A stretch of 52,545 bases of DNA, the filler included, from Sphacelaria rigidula (Eukaryota), in the NCBI GenBank assembly GCA_964200075.2. It is 4 parts of 4 records of this genome, joined end to end, with 100 filler letters (N's around TTAATTAATTAA, not from the genome) between each part and the next. Parts side by side here need not be neighbours in the genome. Positions count along the whole stretch, not along the records: positions 1 to 13,063 come from CAXNAA020003188.1; 3 more parts are not named here. One strand, given 5' to 3'. The translations under genes and the position numbers were made by a program. Under the pieces are notes generated by a model. That model made no database searches. It saw only the letters and a program-made list of their open reading frames with translations, and was not told the DNA's origin. Position 1 is the stretch's first letter. Each line of letters begins with the position of its first letter. Positions 1 to 12,860 of this stretch are shown one piece after another.

Positions 1-484
1 CCCCGTGCGTGCCTTCGAACCACGCCGGAGTGCAATCTGCTCAATGATTATTTTCTCAGCACCCTTCGAAGCGCCCGATGTCACTGTGTTCTCTCAGGCA
101 CCGAAGGCAAGAGCCACCAATCCGATTTGTTTTCGAGCTATTTTCGTTGCTAATATTGTTGCGTCGAGCTTGCCGATTACTTCCATGTGGGGAGCGTAGG
201 CAGTGTTGCTGTGGTGATATTCCGGCTACGTATTCCCTAGGCCAGCAAATAAGTACAAACAAACGCCTTGCGCAGGAAGCACGTTTGGAAATACGTCCCG
301 CACAGTGTGCCACTGACTATTGATTCCTGAAGGGGGGTATGCGGCATGAGGGGTTATCACGGCCGCACCCGTTCCCGTGTAGCCGATTTCGGAAAATTTC
401 GAGACATTTTTCTCGAGGTCCTTCTTGTAATCGTATTCCACAATAACCCGCCGTCTGTATGTTTCAACTGTTTTTTTTTCCTAG

Positions 485-3400
485 GTGCGAGATCGCCTTC
501 TCGCTGTGGAACGCCACCGCGAAGCTCTCGTCGCCGTCCTGAGGGACGGAGCCGGGAGCTCGACCGCCTCGGCCACCCCGGGCGGATCAGAGTTTGCTGC
601 TCGCTTTCGCCCCATGGCGCAGGAGGTTGTGTTGCTGGAGTGTAAGGCTGTGCACACAAAACGTGTGGGACAGCTGTATCTGACGTGCAAGTGAGTGGAA
701 CTGGGGGGTGGAGGGAAGTCGTCTTAGCAGTAAAAAAAACGTTGTCATGGCGGTAAGGTTGAATGCGTTGTAGTGCTGTTTTGTTTTTTACTTGAAGGAA
801 GGAAGAAACCTGACGTTACCCCGCGAACGGGTACCTGTGCCGATTACCCCGAGGCTCGGCCAGACTGCCTCGCGGCAGTGACGTGGGGTAGGTGTCTCGA
901 ACGTTCGGGAAGATTTGCTCAAGGCAGGGTGGGAGTTGAACACCCGCTAACCCCCCCCGCCAACTTGGCGCCGTGCACGCACCGCCCTACTCTTGTGAGC
1001 TCTGGCCATATGATGCGTTGTAGTCGGCCCACAAACATGCACACCGTAGTTTTGAGGGCTGTCCGCGTCGCACAATATAAACGACAACTCGTTGGCGTCC
1101 GCGTACAGTAGTAGTTTTCATCTGAAGTAAGATATTTTCGTTGTTTTTTTCGTAGTCGGGGGGGTATTCGAACGTTTTTTTGCGTGTGTCCGCTCATCCC
1201 AGTGAACGTTTGATATCACAATTTGGGGATTGGGAGATGCTAGGTACCCCCTTCACATCCCGAAATAAGATCACATTTGTGCTCATTAGTCAACGACTTC
1301 CGGGCTGACCGGTTTTCGGGGGTCCTGAGACTACCCAGCCCCAGGGTCTGACCCTTGAGTACTGTTGATCGATTGAAGCAATCCCAATCGTTCTCGTGAA
1401 CAAATGAGAGATATTGCCATTTTTTATTTCTACCTTTTTATTGTGCTTCTGTACACATAATAGAGCCGAAAAACTGTGTTTTTTTAACCAGTGACGGTCG
1501 AGAACATCCCCCTGATGAACAAGGTACTTTTCTCCGTATCACCCCGATAACACGAATTGAGGGTTGTGTTCTGAGCACGACCTGCTTCTCTTCCCAATAT
1601 CTATCGACCCTGGGACTTTCAAGCGCCAAGGACGGATACTGCACGGGAAAATTCAGGAAGTACCCAAAACGAAAATCGCCCAACCGAGCTCTGCATAGCA
1701 CAGGCGGGGGTGGACGGACCAATTCCGATCGCTCTCATGAACGATTTTACGGACTATTATTTTTTATTTATTTCACCTTTTCATTGCGCTAGAGCCGAAA
1801 ATAAATGTATTGTGGACCAAAAACGGTCAAGAACACCCCCTGTCAATTCAGCTCGGAAGTCGTTCAGTATTGAGCGCAGAGACGATGTTTGTTTCGGAAT
1901 GTGGAATGTGTAACGGATGGCTAGTATCTCCCGACTTCCAATCGTTGGGATCTACCGCTCGCTGGGATGAGCGGTGGGACGCGTAAAAACTATTGAAAGT
2001 TGCCGACTGCGAAAAAAATTACAAAAGTCCCGTATTTCAGATGAAAACTGCTACAGTCAACTTGTCGCATCACCGAAACCGATACCCATCACCTTTCATC
2101 CTGCCCCCGACGCACTGTACACTTCGTTTTTTACTCGTCTCTCCGTCGTCTCGCTCGTGTGTTTTATTTTTTATTTCTCCTCAGCAAAGTTCGCGCAACG
2201 TCAGTGATAACCTCTTTCCCATGCCTCCCATATAGTCGTTGCTAGATGAAGGACGCTGATTAGCTCCGCAAGGATTGAGGAATTCGCCATGCGATCGTTG
2301 TACAATTCTCATATGAGCAAGCGCTCTGCCCCCCCCCCCACGCCCGCGCCCGCGCCGTCGTTCCCCACGTCCGTGCCCCGGTTTCCGCCTTTCCGTCTGC
2401 CCACGTTGTGCCACACGCATCGTCCCGCAATGTTACCAGCCACCTGTGCTTCCACTCGAGTATGCTCGGGTTCACGTCGCAGAAGGTGTTCCCGCTGCTC
2501 ACCCTGGCGTCGGTGTCACGCGCGTCCTCGTCTCTCGGAGTGGACGCGGTGACGATCACGGATCGGGGTGGGGAGTCGCACTCGTTCGCGGTGACGGCAG
2601 TGGAGGCGGGTTTTCCGGAACGGTTTCATGATCTGTTGCAACAAGTCCTCGTTATGTGCAAGGTGAGAATACTAGCTTCCGCTTTCACGTTGTTTAGTTT
2701 GATTTGGGTTTTTTCGTGTCACCTTTGTGACTCGAAATTCCCCGCCACTTGCCTCGCTCCCTACCCACCGCATCAACCTCTCCACGCGACAACTCGTCAA
2801 CTGGTTCCTCTTCGGAATGGTCATACCTTGATTCAAGTTACCAGGCTGAGCATGCCTCAACAACTCGATCATTCAGCGAATCACTCCTTCACCGAACACT
2901 CCGCGCGCCCCTCCACCTCCCTCGGCCCCTCTAATCAGGCTTCCGTGCGTTTCCTACTGACATAACCACCCTGTACCTGTTCCTGTCCGAGATGTAATGT
3001 TGGGCAACTGCGCCGACGTCAAAGCTTTTTTCCGACGTTTACACACGGCGCAACTTGTACACAAACTTCCCCCATTTAACCTTCCTCCCTCCCTACCTCG
3101 CCATCACCTTCACCCCCCTTTGCACCCGCCCACACGAATAATAAGGCGGACGCATCCCGCCGAGCTGCCAAGGAAACCGCCGCCGGCGGCGGCATCACCG
3201 GCGACCCGGCATCTCTTTACGACGAGCCCGATGAGGAACAGATCCTGGCAAGAGTACAGCGTCTCGCCAAGGCCAAGCATCTGCGCGCGCTCAAACAGAA
3301 TCAGGCCGCCAGCACAACAACAGCAGCACAAATCACTGCCCCTCCCGACTCCTCCATCGCCACCGCTGCCCCTGTGAAGAGCCCGGCGGCGGCCGCGGCG

Positions 3401-3676
3401 GCGGCAGCAGCGGTAGGTATAAGTCCTATGAACCGCCCGCAACCGCCGCCCATTTCTCGGGGTAAAGGGGAAGGGGCGAGTGTGGACGAGGGGGGAGGAG
3501 GAAGCACGATCACGGGTGGAGGAGGTGCCGTTGCGAGTGGAGGGGAGGAGGTGGTGAATGGGTCCGAGGAGGGCGGCGGGAGAGGGGGTGGGGGGGTGGG
3601 GAGGGCGGGGTCGGCCTCGATGATGGCCATGGGGATTCAGGCATTTTTGGAGGAGTCGCAGAGGCGGTCTTCTTGA
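485..3676 (+). CDS. GRAM-domain-containing protein, 3' partial (exons 485-690, 2440-2662, 3146-3676)
   Basis: GT-AG introns with compatible phases (TAG|485, 690|GTGAGT, CAG|2440, 2662|GTGAGA, AAG|3146). The spliced peptide FAARFRPMAQEVVLLECKAVHTKRVGQLYLTCNHLCFHSSMLGFTSQKVFPLLTLASVSRA matches the GRAM/PH-fold pattern (G-x-L-Y-L-T-x-N-H-L-C-F-x-S). The last exon is Ala/Gly-rich and ends at TGA 3676. The 5' exons were not found in this contig. Confidence 0.85.
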
Positions 3677-4196
3677 TTTGGGTAATATAAAGTGTTAATA
3701 GGGTTGGGGGGGGGGGAGTCGTGCTTTCCTTGGCGTGACGAAAGTTCTGGAATTTGTTTGTGCGTTTTGCTCCGATGGTTTTGTGTAGCCGGTTGATGCG
3801 AGTTGATGCGTTGTCTGTAACCTTAAGGTCAAGGATGGGTTGTTGGGACATGAACCACCACCACCACCACCACGACTTTGCATGGGCTGTTTGGTTTCAT
3901 TTGCGCGAGTGCAGTTTCGTTTTGTGTGCAAGTGGCGGGTGTACCGCCATCAGTAGACTGGGAGAGTTGTGGGGTGTGCAGTAAAGTTTTTTCCGAGGGG
4001 GGTGTGTGTTTCCGATGTTTGAGTTGTGGTTCAAGAGGGAGTCCTTGTATACCAGTGGGATAGGAATGTCACCGTAATTTGTTAGGGAACCCGATACTGT
4101 ATGACAACGATGTCCGTTTGCATTAGAGTGCTGCGGTGAGTGCTGGGCGTGAAAGTAAGTGCATGTTGATAACGCTTTGCACCCCCCCTAGCTGTG

Positions 4197-4330
4197 CCGA
4201 ACAAATCACAGCGCTTCGCGATTGGTGATAGCGAGCTTGATCCGGCGAAAACCTGCCGCGCTCAGTCCCGGCTTCGTAGGGATGCGAGGTCAACAGTCTC
4301 ATGACCACGACATGCAAGATCATGAGTACA
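4197..4330 (+). mobile_element. 5'-truncated non-LTR retroposon 3' tail (family B) with 17-bp target-site duplication
   Basis: Homologous to copies at 8734-8851, 10235-10400, 12181-12470, 16302-16530 and 26181-26225. Flanked by CACCCCCCCTAGCTGTG (4180-4196) and CACCCTCCCTAGCTGTG (4329-4345). Confidence 0.75.
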
Positions 4331-5199
4331 CCCTCCCTAGCTGTGTACTCGGAGACATAATTTGGCAGGCATGTGCGCTCGACAGGATGATATACTTTCG
4401 TTTCTATTAGACAGCAGCTATGATGCAACCACTCACCCCAGGATATACGCTGCGCGTTAGTGTCCACAACTACACGAGGCACGTGAAATGTCGAGTATGT
4501 CACCTCGAGATGAACCGTTGCAACGGTGTGCTTACGGCTTCGCCGAACAAGAAACCCTGCGTGCGGGCAAAACCAAAGGTTTCCTGGCATGAGCATGAAA
4601 GTACCGGCCAAGGGACGCTACTGCTACACAACGGGGGTGGATACCAATCCAACGTACATTCGTCCTCCCTCTCGAAATGCAAATCCAAGATATTATCGCC
4701 ACAACACGCGCATGACAGATATTTTCACCCTCAAAGTAGGGCTTGTATACGTTTGGTGAAACGGTCGATGTGTGCAAATCTGTATCAATCTCTAGGCATA
4801 CTGTTTGTACTGGATCTCGTCGATGTTGAGCTGGGTGCGTTTGCCGCTATTACTGTGCGCCGTCGTAGATTTACGTAATGGAAGGGTGTAACGGAGATGA
4901 AGGGCAGTTGATGGCGGGCTTTTGCTGTTTTTCTTCGCTTTCGTTTTCGACAAACAAATTATTTCAATAACATTCCGGACCAGCAGTCGAGAGCATATAC
5001 AAGGTGCCAAACTAATTTCTACTGATCACCCATTGAGAGCCTCAAAGAACACGGGGACGAAAGTGTTAGCTTTTAGTTACTTTCCCTCTAAAATTGATCG
5101 TGGCTTCTTCGAAAAACGGCATTTTCGTCGGATGAAGAGGTAGCATTTGATTGAGAATGACCCATCTTTTGATAGGAACGTGTTTTAATGCGTTCCCTT

Positions 5200-7700
5200 A
5201 GAGGATAAAACACTGACATGTCTGAATGTCACGGGTAATGGTGCCGATTCAAGAGAACACCTACCCCACCTAGCGGTCTACGGGCACAAGCGAATGGCGT
5301 TCGGAACACGTTGAGATTTTGAGTCGTCAGCTGTACGAGTGTTGATAGGGAACGATGAATTTTATTAAATTGTTCTCAAAGGAAGGGGAATGACTGTATC
5401 ATCCATCCGAATATTCCTTTCATTAATGCGCCGCTGTACTTCGAGCAGGTTCCCATTACTCATCGCTCATGAAGTGTTTCTACGGTAGGGGTGCACAATT
5501 ATTTTCCGAGGCTCTGCACTCTCGAAGCCTCTTGATGACAAACATCTGGGCCTCAGTATGCAACCCCAGAGAAGTTCTGGACTAAAAAGTGCACTCATAC
5601 CGTAGAATTACTCCGTAATGGCATGGACTGCAAAACTGTTGTCCCCATCAACATGTTGAATGCGAGTGCGTGTGTTGTCGTCCCATCTATTCTGGACTCC
5701 AGTCTCAACACCTACCTCTCGATATACAGTATCTGGACTCATCGGCTGGGGCCACACAGGAGAAAGGTCAACACACAGGGGTTTAATCTTATTTTGATTC
5801 GTTTTAGGTCTTCACCTTCCTTCTGCCGTGCTTGCTATCCTTTTTTAGCGAGTAGGACTCGGCGGTGCCTTTTCCCTCGTCGACCGTGAAGTCGAACTTC
5901 GTGTATCCACGACATGGTCGCTCTTCATTGTTGGGCATGATGTGAGGGAAATTCCCGGATCGTGTGACTTCAACGAGATTCGAACCAACGTCACAACCGT
6001 CAGAAGGTGTCGAGGTTACCAACTGAGTCAACGGGGCAATCGGCGACAAGTGCGTAGGGTATTGACTCGCCGCGATTTCAAAGACTCGTACGTCGGTGTT
6101 TGTTTGCTCTAGGATATTATATCCAACGACTATCTCTTCTGAATGTCAACTCTTTGACCAGGATTCGCAATCTTGGTCACGCAGTTACTTTTGAAGTGCA
6201 AGATGATGCCGACTTCAAAGACACTTCGGCGCTAAATGTCCGTTCTCTTGCGGAATCTACATCATTCTCACTTCTTTTTTCAGGTGAAAATGGGCTGAAA
6301 AGCTCACCCTCGAGCGAATGCTAGACTAGAAATCTGGCGAAATGGTTGCTGGAACTATTCATCGTAGTGTGGGAACGACCACATAGAAGTGACATATTCC
6401 CACAAGTGTATGAAGGAATCATCTTTTCACATTGGCGACACCATGAGATAGCTCGTACGCTTCACGAACAGAAGGTCCCGAGTTCAAATCGCGAATCCCA
6501 CCAAAATGGTGAGAGCTAAAAGAATGGTGGATACCCGCTGCAGCAGAGTTCAAAACTCACGGGGAATCACCCGCGACAATAATACTTGTTTGGGAGCCGC
6601 AACACACGTTAAATAAATGTGACGAAAAAATGCAAGATTCTAATCGCTAGTCGGCGTAAGGGGTACTCCTACAAAATCTCCAAGAGGTTCATGAAAGCAT
6701 GAAAGGAGGGGGAGGGATGATGTGGGAACCACCACATCAACGGGACAAATTCCTACAAGTGTCTGTCAAGGAATCAACTTTTCAAAGTAGCTCTTATTGT
6801 AGCTGCACCTGTCATGAATGCCTCATCGATGCTACCCATACGACATGGACTCCATGATGTACCGCACAAAGCTTTATATAGTGTGTCCATTTTGCAGCCC
6901 TCGCGTCTACTGCACACACATCTTCTCCCTTCGTCCACCCGTCTTTGCCTTAGGGTGGCTCACCAGAGGTCGTAACCTCGACTTGCAGTTTTGATTCCTC
7001 ACCAGGTGCGCAACATATTTTTACCACATCGCCAATAATTAACGAGGACCCCCGCCGAAGACACATAGCCCACACCGGGCCTGTCAACCACTCGGTCTCG
7101 AAACACGATTGAAGGTTCATTCACCCTCCGTGACGACCGACGCCAGATTCACCCGCCAGGAATGCTAATACTAACCCTCGCCCGGATTCCCTTCCGCTCT
7201 CGGACCGCGTGCCAACTGCGTGATGCGTTGTGGGCACACGCCAGGCCTGCCCCATTCAACGTCAAAGTCACTGAGAAAAGTCGGAATACAATATCTCAAC
7301 TTCATGCTGGGTTTATGCTGTACAGGTCCAACCGTCGTAGACGGTGAAGCGGTGGGTACCAGCACTACATCGTTACGACCCGTGGCGGTGTTCTCCGCTT
7401 TTTTCGTTGGCATAGGTCACGTCCCTTCTATGCCAAACGTTCCTGAAATAATTTTCCAGAAAACAGGTTGATTTTCGCGGACTTCAACCATTTTTTTCCA
7501 GCGAAGTTCTCCACTCTTCAAGACTGCATTTTTTAGCGGATGAAGACTTCTTCGAATGGGCTCGACAATAGAGTAGGGAAGCAGCAGCACCAAACTGCCC
7601 AGTTTTTGGCGACCAAGCCAGTACGAGCAGCACTCTTCGTACCGCACCTCCTGCCCTGCTCTGCGGCGCGGCATTGCATCGAAGGTACTGCTGCCCCGTT
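5200..7700 (-). pseudogene. Possible highly decayed Pif1/RecD-type SF1 helicase relic (Helitron-like), interrupted by SINEs
   Basis: Degenerate motifs in the expected order on the minus strand: IISGTFG (~7440, Walker A-like), VVLVPTASPSTTVG (~7350, motif Ia-like), IDEAFM (~6825, Walker B-like), LLGDF (~6685), frameshifted VPYQHSY..T..KSQ (~5330, motif V-like) and LPVTFRHV (~5230, motif VI-like). Many stops and frameshifts. Confidence 0.3.
5775..6050 (-). mobile_element. tRNA-derived SINE
   Basis: The minus strand starts GCCCCGTTGACTCAGTTGGTAACC (A-box-like) ... GGTTCGAATCTC (B-box). A non-tRNA body follows and there is no complete cloverleaf. Confidence 0.6.
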
Positions 7701-8193
7701 TGTGTAGACGCTCTTCAAACAAACAATTCACAGCCCAACCGCGTTTATCTGCCGAAATATGTACAATACGATGGGGGTGTGGTGCGAGGAATTTTCATGG
7801 CGTGTCAACTCCGGATTGCCGCTTCAGCATATCTGAGAACATGCGCGACATGGTGCGCTAGACCACGGCCGTTCATGCAAAAGCCTCAAACCTATTCTTC
7901 GACGACGTTTTCCACATTGAATAGTGGTAGTCGCCTCCCTCGCATGTGCGAACAAAACTCAGCATAAATTTAATTTCACCGCGGCCAGAGGTCAACGGGA
8001 ACCACCTAATGAGTATTCTGGAGTTTTTTACCGCCACCTCAAGTTCAGATTGCAAAAAGTGTACATACAGTAGTTGCTTTTTGCGCCTCTTCCCATCGAC
8101 CCCAACCGTTACGCGCGTACAGGCCCTAGACAAGGCACACAATACACCATCACTCGTGAAAAAACACATACTTTCTGCACAAGAAAAACAATG

Positions 8194-11100
8194 CTACAGA
8201 CGAGAACGCCGAGATAATGATCGCCTGTGTTGGTCGCCTCCTTCTCCACTCGTCCCCGCAGCTGCCGCTTCTACGTCCGCCAGAAGGCGCGTAAAGCGAA
8301 GCTGAGTGATCTTCCGCTGTTCTTCAGCTGCGTTTTTTATCTAGTCAACAAAGACAGCGGGCAGCACAGTACAACACAACGCAACACATGCGAAACAGGA
8401 TGGAATGAGATGAGATGAAATGAAACGAAACAAAACGAAACGAAACGAAACGAAACGAAACGGAACACATGCGAAACAAGAAGAAACGAACACCGAACGA
8501 TTGGAAAGAGTTGACAGATGGCCTTCGTACAGTAATGCAAACCCGAACATTGTGGCTTGCTCCTATATATGGACATCATTACAGGAAACGTGAGATTCGG
8601 ATCGTTGCCAACACCAAAACACGAAACTGCGGCAAAAACAAAACACCGGCTGTACTTAGTCAATGGGTCTACACGCTGCGGTGACGCAGGTCGCGTGTGT
8701 GTGTGTGAGAGAGAGAGAGTGGGGAGGGGGGGGATGTACTCATCATGCTTGCCAAAGTCATTAGACCATTGACCTCGCATCCCTACAAAGCCGGGACGGA
8801 GCACGCCGGGTTTTCGCCGGACCAGACTCGCACTCAATCACCAAGCGCGAAGGAGGGGGGGGAGGGGGGGGTTCACTGCTGACTAATCCATTTCTACCTG
8901 CGTTAAGGTTCTGGCTCCCTCCTCATCGCGCAAGTTACAGTATCTTCTACATTCGTGGTGTCACATTCTTATCGTAAAGTTGTCGCAACACGCCATTACG
9001 TGCGCAGTAGCGCGTCACTTGAAGCAGCTAAGCATACCCCGCGTCCGATTCCTTTCCCTCTACAACCAAACTCTCTCTCCCCACATATCGCATACACATG
9101 CCCCCCCCCTCCCACCCCCCACGGAAAACTCCGGAGGAATGATTATTGGCAACAAATCATGTGTCAGGATGCCCACGGCCTACTTTTAATGTTTTTTGTG
9201 AGTTTGTTGCGTAGCGCATTGGGCTAGCTGTGCTGCGTTCCCGAGAGAGTAAGGTAAAAGCATAGACGGGGGCGATCAAGTGTTGGCTCTCGCTCGCTGC
9301 GCACCACCCAGACGAGGTCGCTCGGACCTAGGTTCCGTATACCACGGTAAAAATCAAGGAATTCTTGTATGAGGGCTTCCTTGCGTTGCTTCCCTTCCCC
9401 CGCCTCGATGAAGAGGGTTTGCTGAAACCCATGTGCTCTCATGTGCGCGTCTGATAGGTTTGAAACAGTAGCCGTGCAAGAGTGACTGGAAGTTGACAAC
9501 GACATGGTCCACAATTAATGTCATCAGCCCCTTATTTTCGTACACGAAAGCTAAAGAGAAAAAAACAAACAAAAAAAAGAGAAGCAAAAACGACCAAGTT
9601 GAATATATGCGGCCGCGGGTCAGACGCTGACTTCAACAGAAGAAACTACTGAATACGTACGTATGTTGCATTTTACAGTCATGATTTACAGCAGCACCTC
9701 AGTGTCTCGGTCATTCGGCAGTCGGGCCTTGAGTAGAGCCAGAATCTCATCGGCAGGTTTGCCGGAGGCACACACCAGAAAGACGAAGCCGAATTTTTCC
9801 CGGTAAACTCCGTTCAACTCGGTCAGCGCATCCAGGACAGCCTGTACAAAGCCAAAACCGACGTGGGGGGAAAAGAAATTGAAATGTTCAAAACACGATG
9901 GTTGTGCGATGGCAAACACAAGAACGGTTTCATCGAGGCACAGTACTGCAGCACGCTGGAGACCATCGAGTAATCGAACAGGTGTGGGAATTGGTGCGCA
10001 AGAGAGCAAGGACATGGTCCCCGTAGCGTATCATAGGATGCGGGTTTTTATCATGGACAATGCCGCGGGAGAGGGGGGTTCACATGAACACTGAAAATAT
10101 CCAATCTCCGAGGCAGTGTGAACCTGTTGAGCAACAAACGGTTTTGGTGTTTCGGTTGCGTCAAGAGGGCCCCCGTGGTGTAAGAAGCGCATCGAAACAA
10201 TCCAATGCCCTCGGGAAGGGGGGGGGGGCGGGGGTACTCACGATCTTGCATGCCGTAGTCTTATGGCCATTGACCTTGCATTCCGACAAAGCCGGGACGG
10301 AGCACGCCGGGTTCTCGCTGGACCAGACCCGCAATCAATCACCAAGCGTGAAGCGCCGCGATATGTTCGGCGAGTCGCATGAGGGGTGAGCTGTATCCTG
10401 CTGAGATGCCTAAGATGCCTAATACCCTCAGGGGTGGGGAGGGGGGAGAGAAGGGTTGTATAAGCTAATGAGCTGGTGCATACCATGTTTCGAGTATTTG
10501 CCGAGCTGACCCTGTTTGTTTTTGGCCCAGCTTTTCCTTATTTTTGGCTGGGGATTATCGGTGTACGAAAGAGTGCCGTAGTGCGTGATTTGGGAGTAGA
10601 GTCATCATCTTCGAGCGCCTCGGAGGATAGAGCGCCTCCCCGAATTTCGCTCAATGTCCCTTATGATGCCCCAATGGGGGTACGGAGGGTCCCGAATATG
10701 TTTTTGTCCCCCCTCCCTCCCCTCCCCCCCTCCCGCGCGGAGTAGATAGAAAGAAAGAGTAAGAGACATGATATAAATGAGGGGAAAACAAGCGCTAAGA
10801 CGGAAGGTGGGACGAGGAAGAGCACATGAAGATATGCGGGGGGTTGACGGCAGGGATACAGATGAGAGCACATTTGCATGGCGGATTTAAAGGAAGGGAT
10901 AGGGATGCAATCATATCTCACGGCCCAATGGACTGTGTGAAAGAGCTGAAACTGGGATTCGGGGTGGGGGACCTGAACCTGCCAGAAAGAGGAAAGAGGT
11001 ATACCAGTAGTCGGGTGGAGGAGAAAGTAGATACACAGAATTGCCCCTGGGGCAAAGCATTGGAGAGTAGAACTCATACAGTGGCAGAATGTGAACTGTA

Positions 11101-12133
11101 CAAAGAGGAACGGGATGTGTTGGAGGGGAAAATGTCGGGGGTAAACGAAGGTTCCATGAAATCGTTTGGTGCGTTAGACAGCAGCGAGAAATCGATCGCT
11201 GTACCAGGAGATGGAGATGATGATCACGGGCGGGGAAACAGGATCGGGATAAGATAAGTAAAGGTTCCTGTGTCATGTATGGAAAAAAGGTAATGAGCGC
11301 CTAAGTGTTGGTGGTATCTCTATTACGAATAGGAAAGGTGTTTCGTCCCGAAAGGGGTGCGTGGTCAATGGTCAAATGATTAAGGCCAGCAACAAATGAG
11401 TACGACCCCCTTCCCTCTTCCAATAGAAGTATAAGTCTCACTCCCGGGGCTACAGGCCAGTACCCTTCGGTACACGGAGCAAAGGGAAGGAGAAGGTCGG
11501 GTCCCTCATACGCGGCGTCTTTAAACGCTTCATGGGACGCCATGTATAACACCTGCACGTACTCGCAGAAAACAGTGCAGATAAACTGGAGTTGCATAAT
11601 ACCGCGGTGCGTTAGAGCACGACATTAACCTCTTTTCATATGGCCGTCAAACACAGAGCCATACACACGCAAGGCTCCGTACTTCCAGCCCTAGCACCGA
11701 TAGAGCCGCCGTCGCGGGAGAGTGTTGGTGCACTTATACGATAGGAAAAATGACGTTTTCAACACACATAGCAATCGCGCCATATTTTGTTTTCGTGTCT
11801 ACAAAGACAGATAATGTTACATTCGTACAGAGTTTCGACGGAAGATTAATTCAATTGGAAATACATTCATAAACTGAATTTGACTAAAGACAACACGAAC
11901 GCACACGTCAGTCAGTCCAGCAGAGCAACCCGGCCAAGTTATACTCTGGAGTGGGCTTTTGCGTTGCGCTGAAAACTTGTTCCAATGTCCGCTACATGCA
12001 AAACATACCTCGCTCGCTCCTGCCGACGCCGCCTGCTCCTCCGCTTCCCACCCCGACCTCGAGGGAACAAACTTTTCGCGTAAAGCTTTCTTGTCACCTA
12101 TGGCGGGGTGAGCCGCGAAGGCCTCCAGCCAAT
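8194..12133 (-). CDS. URAD: OHCU decarboxylase (urate degradation), 5' partial; exons 12133-12009, 9841-9698, 8340-8194
   Basis: Spliced peptide (D)WLEAFAAHPAIGDKKALREKF...EAEEQAA|AVLDALTELNGVYREKFGFVFLVCASGKPADEILALLKARLPNDRDTE|IKNAAEEQRKITQLRFTRLL...RRSRL*. It carries the family motifs HPxIG, EQ, YxEKFGFxFxxCA and EQxKIxxLR. Splice phases are compatible and the protein ends in SRL. Confidence 0.93.
8398..8465. repeat. Pentanucleotide microsatellite (GAGAT/GAAAT/GAAAC)n
   Basis: Direct reading; lies in the last URAD intron. Confidence 0.85.
8734..8851 (-). mobile_element. Family B retroposon tail
   Basis: Homologous to 4197-4330. GGGGAGGGGGGGG-type runs lie on both flanks (8721-8733 and ~8859-8871). 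Confidence 0.7.
10235..10400 (-). mobile_element. Family B retroposon tail
   Basis: Clearly similar to the 12181-12350 copy and ends in a G-run on the plus strand. Confidence 0.7.
10740..11413 (+). mobile_element. 5'-truncated LINE (family A): ORF2 C-terminus with decayed CCHC knuckle and 3' tail
   Basis: ORF 10826-11257 reads HGPMDCVKELKLGFGVGDLNLPERGKRY...NCPWGKALESRTHTVAECELYKEER, a degenerate C-x-C...H-x4-C motif typical of LINE ORF2 ends. The tail GGTGCGTGGTCAATGGTCAAATGATTAAGGCCAGCAACAAATGAGTACGACCCCC recurs at 15670-15790 and 16210-16280. Both flanks are C-rich. Confidence 0.75.
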
Positions 12134-12180
12134 CTTCCCACATGACGTGGCCGAGCGAGAGAGACGGGAGGGGGAGGGGG

Positions 12181-12470
12181 CGTGTACTCATGATTTTGCA
12201 TGCCGTAATTATAAAACCATCGACCTCGCATCCTTACGAAGCCGGGACGGAGCGTGCCGGCTTTTCGCCGGACCAGGCTCGCGATCAATCACCAAGTTTG
12301 AAGGGCCGTGATGTGTTCGGCGAGTCGCATGAAGGGTGAGCTGCATCCTCTCAAGATTATTTCGGCCCGTAGCAACATTGATTATCTTGCGAAGGGACGA
12401 CAGCCTACAACGAGTTGCTTCATTTTTTGGTATCGCTCCTTCCGGAGACAGTCACTTCCTCACGGGTGTC
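12181..12470 (-). mobile_element. Family B retroposon fragment (longer copy)
   Basis: Colinear with 16302-16530, including about 120 bp of further 5' sequence. Confidence 0.7.
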
Positions 12471-12562
12471 TCACCATTTAAAACATTGCGTATTGTAGTA
12501 CGACCATCCCCTTTGCGCGCATCTCCCACCCCGCACAATATGACCGAGCTCGATCACCATCG

Positions 12563-12860
12563 ATTGATTGATTGATTGGTTGATTGATTGTTGCACTTCA
12601 AGTGACCCCTCAGGTGTCCAGCCGTGGTCTCATGAAAGACGTAACCATCATGGTTTTCCTAAAAAAACGCAAGCATAAAAACTCCGGGAATCTGGTTGCC
12701 TGGCTTACGCAGTGAGTGGCGTGTTCAAGCTCGACAAGAAGGGGTGTTGTCCTCGCAGAGTGTGACACATCCATGGTGGACAAGTGCTGTAATTTGGCTC
12801 CAGGGTCGAACCCGAGTGGAGCAAGGTGACTCTCCTTCTCTACAGACTTGCCGCCGCTAC
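12563..12860 (-). mobile_element. SINE-like element with (AATC)n tail
   Basis: B-box-like GGGTTCGACCC on the minus strand (~12803-12813). The 3' end ACCACGGCTGGA...TGAAGTGCAACAATCAATCAA is shared with a plus-strand tail at ~23421-23480. Confidence 0.5.
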
